DNA from: an uncultured Candidatus Berkelbacteria bacterium
GTDB lineage: Bacteria; Patescibacteriota; UBA1384; UBA12157; JAENIV01
Assembly (NCBI GenBank): GCA_963698075.1
Contig: OY969116.1
Location: 670,131 to 734,130 of the forward strand
Length of the DNA stretch: 64,000 nucleotides
Direction of reading: 5' to 3'
The position numbers were made by a program, and so were the translations under genes. Below are positions 1-8,381 of this stretch, piece after piece. Numbering within the stretch: the stretch's first letter is position 1; each line of letters opens with the position of its first letter. The notes beneath the pieces were generated by a model. That model ran no database searches, was not told the origin of the DNA, and saw only the letters and a program-made list of their open reading frames with translations.

Positions 1-116
1 CAAAATCAAAAGTTGACGAAGAGCAGGATCTGAATTTTGAAAAAGATAAAGCGAAGTACTGTCTGTCCGAGAAAAATGGTCAAGAATACATTGATTACAA
101 ACCAAAAGTTGAACAA

Positions 117-506
117 ATGAAGCAATTAGTTGACGAATGGAAATATAAAGAAAAACACAAAGAAATTTATGATAAAGTCAAAAATATGAAGAAACTGACG
201 GTTGCCGAACTTTCTGAAATATTAAGCAAAACTCTCGAAAAAGAAAATTACAAAGGGCTGATGATATCTAATCCAGAAATAGGCCGAGATTTAATTGTCA
301 GTTTTAATATTCAAGACGCCAAAATAGGCCGGGTGGAGTACGATAGCAAAAAATATCTTAAAAAATCCATAGAAACCACTCTCGAAAATACCAACTGGCG
401 GTTAATGAGTGATGGTCTTGATTACCGTCTCGGAATTCTAACGGGAAGATTGAGAGGTTATGAATTAGAAGAAGACCTGTTAAAAATTGTCTCAAAGCCT
501 AATTGA
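117..506 (+). CDS. hypothetical protein (129 aa, K/E-rich, soluble)
   Basis: Complete ORF with native AT-rich codon usage. No recognisable motif. Confidence 0.4.
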   Translation: MKQLVDEWKYKEKHKEIYDKVKNMKKLTVAELSEILSKTLEKENYKGLMISNPEIGRDLIVSFNIQDAKIGRVEYDSKKYLKKSIETTLENTNWRLMSDGLDYRLGILTGRLRGYELEEDLLKIVSKPN

Positions 507-736
507 GCCGCAAAATAGAAGAAAAGTCAAATTTAGACCAAAATGTGACACGCCTTTTTTATAGTGTAACATTTGTAACATTTTCCCCTAAATCGTTGAA
601 AATAGCCCTAAAATCAGATATGCTACTATAAGAGGGACGAAACGTGTTAAAAGAGCTAAAAGGTTCAAGACCCCAGCGTCCCGCCAGTTGAGAACTCAAA
701 TATTTATGGAGGAAAAATTGGATAAAAGCGAGCAAA

Positions 737-1339
737 GTGATAGTGAGCTTTTCTCCCGAAGTACTTGGTAGAATTTATTCTGAACAACTCAATGCAATAA
801 TGACCGAGGATGACCCATCTAAATTATCGCCAGTCTTAGAACCAAAGCATGAAGAGGAGGGTGGGTTACTACCCCTAAACCAGCTTATTCATCGTTCGTC
901 GGTTGAATATTATCGAAAAATAATCCAAGAACACGAACATTTGGATGTGTTTGCTCAAGTATTTTTTATCGCCCAGCTTATTGCCGCTACAAGAGAAGAA
1001 GAGATAGAAGAATTAGAGCCATTTGTTGGAGATTTTACCGAAAAAAGAATTGCTGAAATGGCTGCTAATGCAAGAAATGCAATAGATGATTTAGTTTATG
1101 ATGCAAAATTAGAGGTTGAACTCGAAGAAAAAACTGGAGAAAAGTCCGAACCTTTACCCGCTTCTCCGCGGGCGCTAACCCCGGCAGAATTTGATATGTG
1201 GGTTTTGAGCGAGATTGAAGATTATAAGCGAGCGAAAAGAGAAAGAGAGAGCGCCCTTTTCCACGCGGAAAGAGTGGAGGGATTTTTATCAGAAGATCAG
1301 CAAGAAAAATTACTTGAAGAAATTGAATCTATGGGTTGA
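737..1339 (+). CDS. hypothetical acidic coiled-coil protein (about 200 aa); start uncertain (GTG at 737)
   Basis: Long ORF, very E/D-rich. It sits directly upstream of the PilB-like ATPase gene. The ATG at 706 is out of frame, so the start is probably GTG or TTG. Confidence 0.4.
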   Translation: MIVSFSPEVLGRIYSEQLNAIMTEDDPSKLSPVLEPKHEEEGGLLPLNQLIHRSSVEYYRKIIQEHEHLDVFAQVFFIAQLIAATREEEIEELEPFVGDFTEKRIAEMAANARNAIDDLVYDAKLEVELEEKTGEKSEPLPASPRALTPAEFDMWVLSEIEDYKRAKRERESALFHAERVEGFLSEDQQEKLLEEIESMG

Positions 1340-1412
1340 GCAAAACCAGCTTTAAGTGTTATCATCAAATTAGTCCAACTAATCACTAACCCTAAAAACT
1401 AACAACTATCAA

Positions 1413-2933
1413 ATGGCTGATGTTGATTTACAACTCCAACGCATGGCGCGCGAGGATGAGGAACGCCATGCCAAAGAAGAGGCCAAGAAATTAGGCCTTC
1501 CTTATATTAATTTGGTGGGCTATCCTTTTGCGCCGGATGTGATGGCTTTAGTGCCCGATGACATGGCTAATCAATATGGAATTGTTGCCTATCTTAGGGC
1601 CGACGATCTTATCCGCCTGGCCACCCACGAGCCGCAAAATCCGGAACTGAAAAACATTATTACCAAACTTCAAGCCGCCAACAAGGCCAGAATTGAAATT
1701 TCTTTTTGCTCGGAAACTTCCATCCGTTACGCCCTTGATTCTTATCGGCTTCTTTTACCCAAAACCAAGGAAGCCAAAGTTGAAGTCACCAAAGAAAAAG
1801 CAGCCAGTTTCGAAAAAGAAATTGAAACTCTCGAAGGGCTCAAAGAAAAAATTTCTCAAGTTTCCACCACCGAACTTTTGGACGTTCTTTTCGCCGGAGC
1901 AATTAAGCTTGATGCCTCGGATATCCATATTGAGCCCGGGGAACAAAATTTTCGAATTAGGTATCGCATCGATGGTGTTTTGGAAGAGATCGCTGAACTA
2001 CCAATGAGCGCCTTCCATAATCTTTTGAGCCGTGTCAAATATTTGGCCAAACTCAAATTGGATATCACTCATCCCCAAGACGGCCGTTTTGAAGTAAAAG
2101 TGTTAGCAACTGACGTTGATATTCGCGTTGCTACTTTACCGACTTCTTACGGCGAGGCGGTCGGGATGCGGCTTTTGCCCAAAAATAAAAAATTTTTAAA
2201 GCTGGAAAATTTGGGTTTTCCCGAAGATGTTTTAAAAATGATCCGCGAGGCAATCACTAAAACCCAAGGGATGATTATTAACACCGGACCAACTGGCTCT
2301 GGGAAAACCACGACATTATATGCCATCCTGCAGGAATTAAACCAACCCGGTAAAAAAATTATCACCCTGGAAGATCCGATTGAATATCGCGTCCAAGGCA
2401 TTGAGCAAATTCAAATTGATACTGAGAACAAAACTGGATTTTTGGATGCCCTTAAAGGTTCTTTGCGTCAAGACCCCGATATTTTGATGATTGGTGAGAT
2501 TCGCGATCAAGAAACTGCCCGCATCGCCCTGCAGGCAGCAATGACCGGCCATTTGGTTTTAACAACTTTACACACCAACAATGCCCCAGCCGCCCTGGCG
2601 CGCCTAGTAGATATTGGCGTCGAGCCATATTTACTCGCCGGCTCAATTAATTTAATTATTGGTCAAAGATTAGTAAGAACTATTTGTAAAAAGTGCTTTG
2701 GTAAAGGTTGTGAAGTCTGCCGGAAAACCGGTTTTCGCGGCCGAATCGCAATTGTCGAAGCCATTGTTCCCGGTGCGGAAATTGAAAACTTGATTCGCCA
2801 AAAAGCGGCACTGAGAACTTTTGAAGAAACTGCCCATAAATTAGGGATGCGAACCATGTATGAAGATGGGATGGATAAAGTTTCGAAAGGCCTAACGACT
2901 AAAGAAGAAGTAGAAAGAATCACCAAAGAGTAA
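1413..2933 (+). CDS. pilB: type II secretion / type IV pilus assembly ATPase (GspE/PilB family)
   Basis: Walker A motif GPTGSGKTTT. N-terminal GspE_N-like domain. C-terminal tetracysteine CxxC...CxxC (CKKCFGKGCEVCRK). Aspartate/His boxes typical of secretion ATPases. Confidence 0.85.
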   Translation: MADVDLQLQRMAREDEERHAKEEAKKLGLPYINLVGYPFAPDVMALVPDDMANQYGIVAYLRADDLIRLATHEPQNPELKNIITKLQAANKARIEISFCSETSIRYALDSYRLLLPKTKEAKVEVTKEKAASFEKEIETLEGLKEKISQVSTTELLDVLFAGAIKLDASDIHIEPGEQNFRIRYRIDGVLEEIAELPMSAFHNLLSRVKYLAKLKLDITHPQDGRFEVKVLATDVDIRVATLPTSYGEAVGMRLLPKNKKFLKLENLGFPEDVLKMIREAITKTQGMIINTGPTGSGKTTTLYAILQELNQPGKKIITLEDPIEYRVQGIEQIQIDTENKTGFLDALKGSLRQDPDILMIGEIRDQETARIALQAAMTGHLVLTTLHTNNAPAALARLVDIGVEPYLLAGSINLIIGQRLVRTICKKCFGKGCEVCRKTGFRGRIAIVEAIVPGAEIENLIRQKAALRTFEETAHKLGMRTMYEDGMDKVSKGLTTKEEVERITKE

Positions 2934-2957
2934 AATTCAAATATCAAGCACCAACAT

Positions 2958-3011
2958 CCATTCAAATCTGAAATCTCAAATTTTGAAAATTGAAATTTAG
3001 AGTTTGAATGG
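2958..3011 (+). terminator. AT-rich imperfect palindrome downstream of pilB (ccattcaaa...tttgaatgg with inner tcaaattttga repeats); possible terminator
   Basis: Inverted repeat 2958-2966 / 3003-3011 enclosing shorter palindromic words. The loop is long and there is no clean T-tract. Confidence 0.25.
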
Positions 3012-3063
3012 TTATTGGGATTTAATAATTGGCAGTTTTCAGCATAATTCGTTCTCTATCCCC

Positions 3064-3092
3064 TTGATTTTTGGGCCATTTTATGGTATAAT
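3064..3092 (+). promoter_or_regulatory. sigma70-type promoter: TTGATT-17 bp-TGgTATAAT (extended -10)
   Basis: -35 TTGATT at 3064-3069. 17-nt spacer. TG at 3084-3085. TATAAT at 3087-3092. It is located in AT-rich DNA upstream of the GC-rich M48 gene. Confidence 0.45.
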
Positions 3093-3175
3093 CATATGTT
3101 AGTATAGAAGTACCTGAACAACTTCTCCTGTTGGATAACAGGTTTGGGATAACACTACGGATAAGGAGGCGCACC

Positions 3176-4666
3176 ATGTTGCGTCTGAAAGGGATGGTCG
3201 TTGTGCTGGTCGTTCTGGCGGCGATGCTTTCTCAGGTTGCCACCAGGGCCGATGAGGCCACAACCCAGAAGGTGGTCGCTGGTCTGATGGTGCTCAATGC
3301 CCTTCGGGGCACGAGCGATTCTGAACTGCTCCAGATAGGCCGCCAGCTCGATGAAGGGCTGGTACGCCAATACGGCACAACCACCAACGGGCTCGCAAGG
3401 GCCCAGAGAGTGGTCGCCAGATTGGAGCCTCACACAGCCAAGCGGCCAGAGGTCAAGGTTCTGAATTCTGCCGAGGTCAATGCCATGGCTGTTCCTGGCC
3501 ATGTCTATGTCACCTCGGCGCTCTTGTCCCAGGCCAACGACGATCAGTTCGCCGGCGTGATGGGGCATGAACTGTCTCACATCGAAGCCGGCCACTGCCG
3601 CCGGGCGATCAACCGGGCACGCATTGCTCAGGGTGTTGGTGGGGTACTGTATTTGGCCAACGCCAACCAGTCCATCGCCACCGGCGTCTCGCTTCTCGCC
3701 CTCGCCACGATTTTCGACTACAGCCGGGGCGAGGAATACGAGGCCGACAAGCTCGGAGCCGAACGCGCCAGCCAAGCCGGCTACAGTCATGACGGCTTGG
3801 CTTCGTTCCTCGAGCGCAGTGAAGGCAACAGCGACCGGGCCAACCAGTTGCTGTCATCGCACCCCCGCACCGACCGCCGCGTCACCGCCTTACGAGAGGG
3901 CAACGCCGGCTCGGTTCGGGCGACATCGGCCGGCACGGTTCGGGGCTCGGTGGTGGAGAAGTTTTCCGTCAGCTTCACCGGCATGAACAGCGAGCAGTTC
4001 AGCCAGGGCTTCCTGCTGTTGGCTGACCATGAAGGCCAGCCGGTAGATGTGCTGGACTCGGGAGGGGATTATCCGATCCAGCTTAACGGCGATCAGCGCG
4101 ACCTGCCGCTCGGGGTCAATGTCTCGACCAGCGGCCGCGACGGCTATGTCAATACTGGCGTGACCGATCGGATGACGTGGGTGTTGGTGGCTGATATCTA
4201 CCAAGGCAATCGCCGTCTGACGCCCGAATCGGCTAGCGCTTCCGGCTGGCGTGGGTATCTCCATGCCGGCAAGTTCACGTCGCATGGGGCTGTTACCCTC
4301 GATTTCTACAACTCCTACCTGGGCGAGTCTCTCCAGGGTCAGGCCGTCAGGGGGTTGGTGCCGATCGTGCTCCACCGACTGCAAGAGCAGGAACGCCTGA
4401 GGGTCGCCAATCAGCCGCGGGAAGCGACAGGCGATGGATCCGTCGAGCCCGCTGCCACATACCGCTATATTCTGATGCTGAATCGGGAAGTCCCAGTGGC
4501 GCTTTCCCGGTCGCTCAGCAACGACTCGCCAATCGGCATCTATCGAGGGAGCCATCAGATCGGCTCCCTCAAGGTTGACTGGTTTAACAATGACCACACC
4601 AAGGTGTGGGTCTCCGGGGACACAGGTGTCGCTCAACAGAAAGGCGTCACCTTCAAGTCCCTATGA
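3176..4666 (+). CDS. secreted M48-family zinc metalloprotease with a roughly 300-aa C-terminal extension (GC-rich xenolog)
   Basis: HELSH zinc motif followed by EEYEADKLGAE (third-ligand Glu, M48 signature). N-terminal signal peptide MLRLKGMVVVLVVLAAMLSQVA. SD AAGGAGG 7 nt before the ATG at 3176 (the ORF track's upstream M at 3131 lacks an SD). Composition is much more GC/Ala/Gly/Arg-rich than the neighbours. Confidence 0.7.
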   Translation: MLRLKGMVVVLVVLAAMLSQVATRADEATTQKVVAGLMVLNALRGTSDSELLQIGRQLDEGLVRQYGTTTNGLARAQRVVARLEPHTAKRPEVKVLNSAEVNAMAVPGHVYVTSALLSQANDDQFAGVMGHELSHIEAGHCRRAINRARIAQGVGGVLYLANANQSIATGVSLLALATIFDYSRGEEYEADKLGAERASQAGYSHDGLASFLERSEGNSDRANQLLSSHPRTDRRVTALREGNAGSVRATSAGTVRGSVVEKFSVSFTGMNSEQFSQGFLLLADHEGQPVDVLDSGGDYPIQLNGDQRDLPLGVNVSTSGRDGYVNTGVTDRMTWVLVADIYQGNRRLTPESASASGWRGYLHAGKFTSHGAVTLDFYNSYLGESLQGQAVRGLVPIVLHRLQEQERLRVANQPREATGDGSVEPAATYRYILMLNREVPVALSRSLSNDSPIGIYRGSHQIGSLKVDWFNNDHTKVWVSGDTGVAQQKGVTFKSL

Positions 4667-4686
4667 GAAGAACGATCCGACGCACC

Positions 4687-4735
4687 AAGAAGGACGCGCA
4701 CCCGCGCGTCCTTCTTTCGTATCTTTTAATTTTTG
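4687..4735 (+). terminator. rho-independent terminator (AAGAAGGACGCGC-ACCC-GCGCGTCCTTCTT followed by a T-rich tail)
   Basis: Perfect 13-bp GC-rich stem with a 4-nt loop, followed by tcgtatcttttaattttt. Confidence 0.65.
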
Positions 4736-4744
4736 CCAAAAAGT

Positions 4745-5059
4745 TTAGGGTTGTCCGCCTGTAACAATAGAACTGACCCATCTAACAATGACGAAGGCAA
4801 GAGCAATGATAATAATGCCGATGATGGCATTTATGAGAGCCGTTCTTCCTTTGGTTGCCTTTTCCGCATCGCCGCCCGCGGTAATGTACAAAAGCCCACC
4901 ATAAATTAGGTAGATGACGGCAATGGCGCCGGCCAAAACCAAGACCCAGGTGACAACAAAATCAATTATTCCTCCTGAGCCAGTCAACCTTAGACCAATT
5001 GGGACCGGAGTGATTGTCGGCCAACTTAAGGCATAAGCTCTCTCAATTAAATTAAACAT
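4745..5059 (-). CDS. VirB2/TrbC-like pilin-domain protein (104 aa)
   Basis: Two hydrophobic helices with the motif YITAGGDAEKATKGRTALINAIIG. This motif is shared with three upstream paralogs. Confidence 0.55.
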   Translation of the reverse strand: MFNLIERAYALSWPTITPVPIGLRLTGSGGIIDFVVTWVLVLAGAIAVIYLIYGGLLYITAGGDAEKATKGRTALINAIIGIIIIALAFVIVRWVSSIVTGGQP

Positions 5060-5109
5060 TTGACCTCCTAATTAATTATAGCATATATTAATTTAAATTG
5101 TTTTTCAAA

Positions 5110-5895
5110 TCATTTGAGCAAGCCGAGAATCTCGTTCGATAAAACTCGGGCTAAAATAATAAAAACCAAACCAATGATTGCCCAGGTAATTGTTGTTTTG
5201 GCTTTGTTAGCTTTTTCTTCATTGCCGTAAGCGGTGAAATATTGAATACCAGCCCAGATTAAAAGAATAATGGCAATTCCGCCGGCCAAATCAGCGGCGA
5301 TGGTAATCAGGTTTTCGATCATACATTGGATGTTATCAAGAGTCCAAGTTGCGGGGTCGGTATCTGGTAAGATTGTTAGCGAAGGTTTACATTTAGTCCC
5401 ACTAGTCCCACCGCCTCCTGTAGTGCCGCCAGTCCCGGCACCGCCGCCGCCGCCTCCTCCTCCTGGACCAGCTGAGAGAGTGTAAGTGTAGGGCTGGCTT
5501 GAAAGCAGAACACTCCTTTGCCCATCAACAATTTTTCCCAGCACTAAAACAACAATATTATACGAACCGGCTTGACTGCCGGCGCTTCCAGTGTCCCAAA
5601 CATAGGTATAGGTTGAACTTGTCCCGCCGCTATAAGGATTAAAGCTTTGTTTAAGATATGGCTCAAGCTCCCCGGGTTTTTGAGAATTCATTTGGGTCAT
5701 ATAAAGATTTGTCATCTCGGCGCCCGAAGGTGTGTCAGTGACTTGAATTGTCAAAGTGACTTTATCGCCAACTTTGGCGGTGGCAGGATCAAAAGTAACA
5801 TTGATGGCTGGAGCGGCTTTAATTGATAACGGTAAGAGTAAAATTGATGTCAAAAAACCAAGTAAAAAAATTCCGCTGATATATTTTTTCATCAC
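5110..5895 (-). CDS. pilin-like protein: signal peptide + Ig-like domain + Gly-rich linker + C-terminal VirB2/TrbC-like module
   Basis: N-terminal signal. A roughly 110-aa beta-rich domain (VGDKVTL...YVWDTGSAG) that is paralogous to the one in 5892-6680. A G9 run. C-terminal module IQYFTAYGNEEKANKAKTTITWAIIG. Confidence 0.55.
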   Translation of the reverse strand: MMKKYISGIFLLGFLTSILLLPLSIKAAPAINVTFDPATAKVGDKVTLTIQVTDTPSGAEMTNLYMTQMNSQKPGELEPYLKQSFNPYSGGTSSTYTYVWDTGSAGSQAGSYNIVVLVLGKIVDGQRSVLLSSQPYTYTLSAGPGGGGGGGGAGTGGTTGGGGTSGTKCKPSLTILPDTDPATWTLDNIQCMIENLITIAADLAGGIAIILLIWAGIQYFTAYGNEEKANKAKTTITWAIIGLVFIILARVLSNEILGLLK

Positions 5896-6680
5896 CTTCC
5901 TTGTAAAACATTAACAACAGTATTAACAATCACTAAAGCCAAGGCAATCACCACCACGCCAATAATGGCCCAAATGAGGTTTTTCTTGGCATTCTCCGCC
6001 TTGGTCGGATCGCCGCCAGCAGTAATGTACATCAGTCCTGAATAGATAATGGCAATCACCGCCAAAGCGCCGGCTAAGGCCAAGAGCCAATCAATAATGG
6101 CGACAATTAAGTCACGAATGCTTCCAATTTTTGTTGGCGGGAAAATAATGGTGCCAATATCACCGAAACTGGCCTTGGCTGATGAGGAACCGGGTGTTGG
6201 GGTTACTGTTTTTCCCCCCGAGGGTGTGGCAGTTGGCGTCCCACCAGAAGACGGAGATGGGCTGGGGGAGGTACTGGCCGCCAAGCTGTAGATGGCTGTT
6301 TGACTAAGGACGACAACATTATTTTCGTCAACCACAAAAACATTGATGTAATGCGAACCGGGGTTGCTTTCGGCGGCGGCGGCGGTGTCCCAAAGATACC
6401 AGTAATTTGGCGAGCCGCTGACCGGCCAGCTAGTTTTCAAATGGGGTGTGGCGTCCTGGAGCTTATTGGGATCAACGACGGTATCAGAAATATAAAGCAA
6501 AATTTTTTTAGCCGTGGCTGGTAGGTCAGAAACAAAAACATCAACATTGACCTTGTCGCCGACTTGAGCATTAATCGGAGTAACCTCAATTTGGACGCCG
6601 GCCAAGGCGGTCTTTGCGCCCACCAAAGCAATAAAAAGAAATAAGATAAAATAAAGAATTTTTTTCATGTATATTTCCAC
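5892..6680 (-). CDS. pilin-like protein: signal peptide + Ig-like domain + Ser/Pro/Thr-rich linker + C-terminal VirB2/TrbC-like module
   Basis: Paralog of 5110-5895 (VGDKVNVDV...YLWDTAAA). SPSPSPSSGGTPTATP linker. C-terminal MYITAGGDPTKAENAKKNLIWAIIG. 4-bp overlap with the downstream gene. Confidence 0.55.
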   Translation of the reverse strand: MEIYMKKILYFILFLFIALVGAKTALAGVQIEVTPINAQVGDKVNVDVFVSDLPATAKKILLYISDTVVDPNKLQDATPHLKTSWPVSGSPNYWYLWDTAAAAESNPGSHYINVFVVDENNVVVLSQTAIYSLAASTSPSPSPSSGGTPTATPSGGKTVTPTPGSSSAKASFGDIGTIIFPPTKIGSIRDLIVAIIDWLLALAGALAVIAIIYSGLMYITAGGDPTKAENAKKNLIWAIIGVVVIALALVIVNTVVNVLQGR

Positions 6681-7042
6681 TTAATCCCGACAGTTTTAAC
6701 CAAAATTACCTCGATTAAAATAAGCAAGACAATGCCGGTGATGACGCCAATAATAATATCTTTGGCTTGAGTAATGCCCTCGGGATTACCTTGGGAGGTG
6801 ACATAAACATAGCCGGCGTAAATAAACATCAAGGCCGCCAATGAGCCGACAATTGTTACCAGCCAAGTTAAAATTTTCGACATATACTGACCAAAGTTTG
6901 TCTGACCAAATTCGGTGACCACTGCCACCTGCCGAGGAGTAATCGAATTGTTTAAGGCCGAAGTTTTAATCGGCGCGGCCAAGGAAAAGAAAACCGTCAA
7001 CCAGATTGCAACGACAAAAAATATTTTTAAAAATTTAATCAT
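6665..7042 (-). CDS. VirB2/TrbC-like pilin-domain protein (125 aa)
   Basis: Signal peptide, short mature region, and the YVYVTSQGNPEGITQAKDIIIGVITG module. Overlaps both neighbours. Confidence 0.55.
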   Translation of the reverse strand: MIKFLKIFFVVAIWLTVFFSLAAPIKTSALNNSITPRQVAVVTEFGQTNFGQYMSKILTWLVTIVGSLAALMFIYAGYVYVTSQGNPEGITQAKDIIIGVITGIVLLILIEVILVKTVGIKWKYT

Positions 7043-8367
7043 TTTGGCAAAGCTTTCAAAAGATTAGTTATTTGCGCCGCCGCCCCTTCTAAAACAGTCT
7101 GGGGATTTTCTCCGGAAATCACGGCGCTTGCGGCCTCTCGGAAGATTTGATCAACCTTTGTCGGTTCAGGATTATACCAACTGGAAGCATATTGATTTTG
7201 GACATCAATGAAAACATCTGAACCCTGGACTTTATCTTTGCGCGCTTGTGGTAGGCCAGTTTTGGAGATGTATTTCATTTGGATTTGGGGATCCAAGATG
7301 TAGCTAATTAGGGCCCAGGCCCTTTCGGCATTTTGACTACTTTTAGGAACGGTCAAAACTTGATAATTAGCGATATCTTGGGGATTTTCGGATTCTTTAA
7401 ATTGAGGCAAAGCTGCCACCTCGGCTGCGCGACCAGTATCTTTCTTAATGTCTTTGGCTCTCCTTGACCAATCAAGATACATGGCGATTTTGCCGCTGGT
7501 GAAGGCATTGTAATCGTTTTGACTCTCATCCCAAGTGTAGCGGGCATCATTTCTAGTCGCGAAGCTGGTATAAAAAGAAAGTCCTTTGGTGCCAGGATAG
7601 GCGACATCAGAAAATTTATTGGTAGAGGTCTGGAAAAGGGCGGCGGTTTTGTCGTCAGAGGTCATTTGGGCGCCGTACTGGAGCATTAAGGCGGTCAAAA
7701 TATCGCTGGCGCGCGTGACATTTTTGGCGCCGCCTATAGCGATGGCGCCTTGACCATAATATTTAATAAATTGGCTTAAATCTTCCCAAGTTTTAGGGGG
7801 ATTATTAAAAAGTTGTCTGACATCGGTGATGTCTTGCCCTTGGTGGGCCCGGGCGTAATCAGAGAGCTTGCTCGAGAAGAGTTCACTGTTATAAAAAAGT
7901 GAGAGACTGTCGGCAAAAAGGGGCAGGCAATAAACTTGATCAGAAATGATACAATCTTGGCCCGCGGCATCTAAAAAGGTTGCTTGGAAAATTTCCGCAT
8001 TGGTTTTTTTGCCCTTGGGATCAAGTTTCTTTGAGGCCAGCGTCGCTAATTTATCGTGGTGTTTTGCGAGCCAATTGTTGGGGATAATCCAAATGTCTGG
8101 GCCGGTGCCGGCGGCGATAGCGTTGATGGATTCTTCTTCGAACTTGGCCGGGTCTTTTTTAACAAATTTAATGTCGAGATCTTTGTTTTCAGCCAAGAAC
8201 TGGCTGAAAATATCGCTGAAATCTTCTTCGCTGTCAAAGGAGTCCCAGATGGTGACGGTCGAAGTAGTCGGACCCTTCGGTGTCCGGTTGCGGGTGGCTA
8301 AAAAAAGGACAAGAACAATAATCAAAAGTACCAGCAGTCCGCCCAAAATATAATATCTTTTGTCCAT
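7039..8367 (-). CDS. extracellular solute-binding protein (ABC transporter SBP family 1-like) with N-terminal membrane anchor
   Basis: N-terminal TM helix. Then TVTIWDSF...AIAAGTGPDIWIIPNNW, typical of MalE-like SBPs. No permease or ATPase partner in the window. Confidence 0.55.
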   Translation of the reverse strand: MDKRYYILGGLLVLLIIVLVLFLATRNRTPKGPTTSTVTIWDSFDSEEDFSDIFSQFLAENKDLDIKFVKKDPAKFEEESINAIAAGTGPDIWIIPNNWLAKHHDKLATLASKKLDPKGKKTNAEIFQATFLDAAGQDCIISDQVYCLPLFADSLSLFYNSELFSSKLSDYARAHQGQDITDVRQLFNNPPKTWEDLSQFIKYYGQGAIAIGGAKNVTRASDILTALMLQYGAQMTSDDKTAALFQTSTNKFSDVAYPGTKGLSFYTSFATRNDARYTWDESQNDYNAFTSGKIAMYLDWSRRAKDIKKDTGRAAEVAALPQFKESENPQDIANYQVLTVPKSSQNAERAWALISYILDPQIQMKYISKTGLPQARKDKVQGSDVFIDVQNQYASSWYNPEPTKVDQIFREAASAVISGENPQTVLEGAAAQITNLLKALPK

Positions 8368-8381
8368 TCCCCTCCTTTAGT

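Noticed and set aside
640-690. tRNA-like 3' end (…GGTTCAAGACCCCAGCGTCCCGCCA with a partially complementary GGGACGA 40 nt upstream)
   Set aside because: The acceptor-like pairing spans only about 53 nt and the T-arm stems do not pair (2 of 5). There is no room for D and anticodon arms. It is not a tRNA, at most a fortuitous hairpin.
1693-2965. Several 60-100-aa ORFs on both strands inside the pilB gene (for example 1693-2007 +, 2147-2401 -, 2663-2965 -)
   Set aside because: They are fully nested in or antisense to a well-supported ATPase gene. They are low-complexity (K/P-rich) and lack an SD. They are spurious.
3155-4636. Long antisense and overlapping ORFs in the M48 region (3155-3790 -, 3567-3986 +, 3890-4636 -)
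   Set aside because: They are a typical artefact of high-GC DNA, where stop codons are rare in all frames. Only the frame with the HExxH motif, signal peptide and SD is credible.
5270-6524. ORFs encoding PPPPVVPP-like or GGGGG-like peptides opposite the pilin genes (5270-5485 +, 6049-6291 +, 6300-6524 +)
   Set aside because: They are antisense shadows of the Gly-rich and Ser/Pro-rich linkers of the pilin-like genes.
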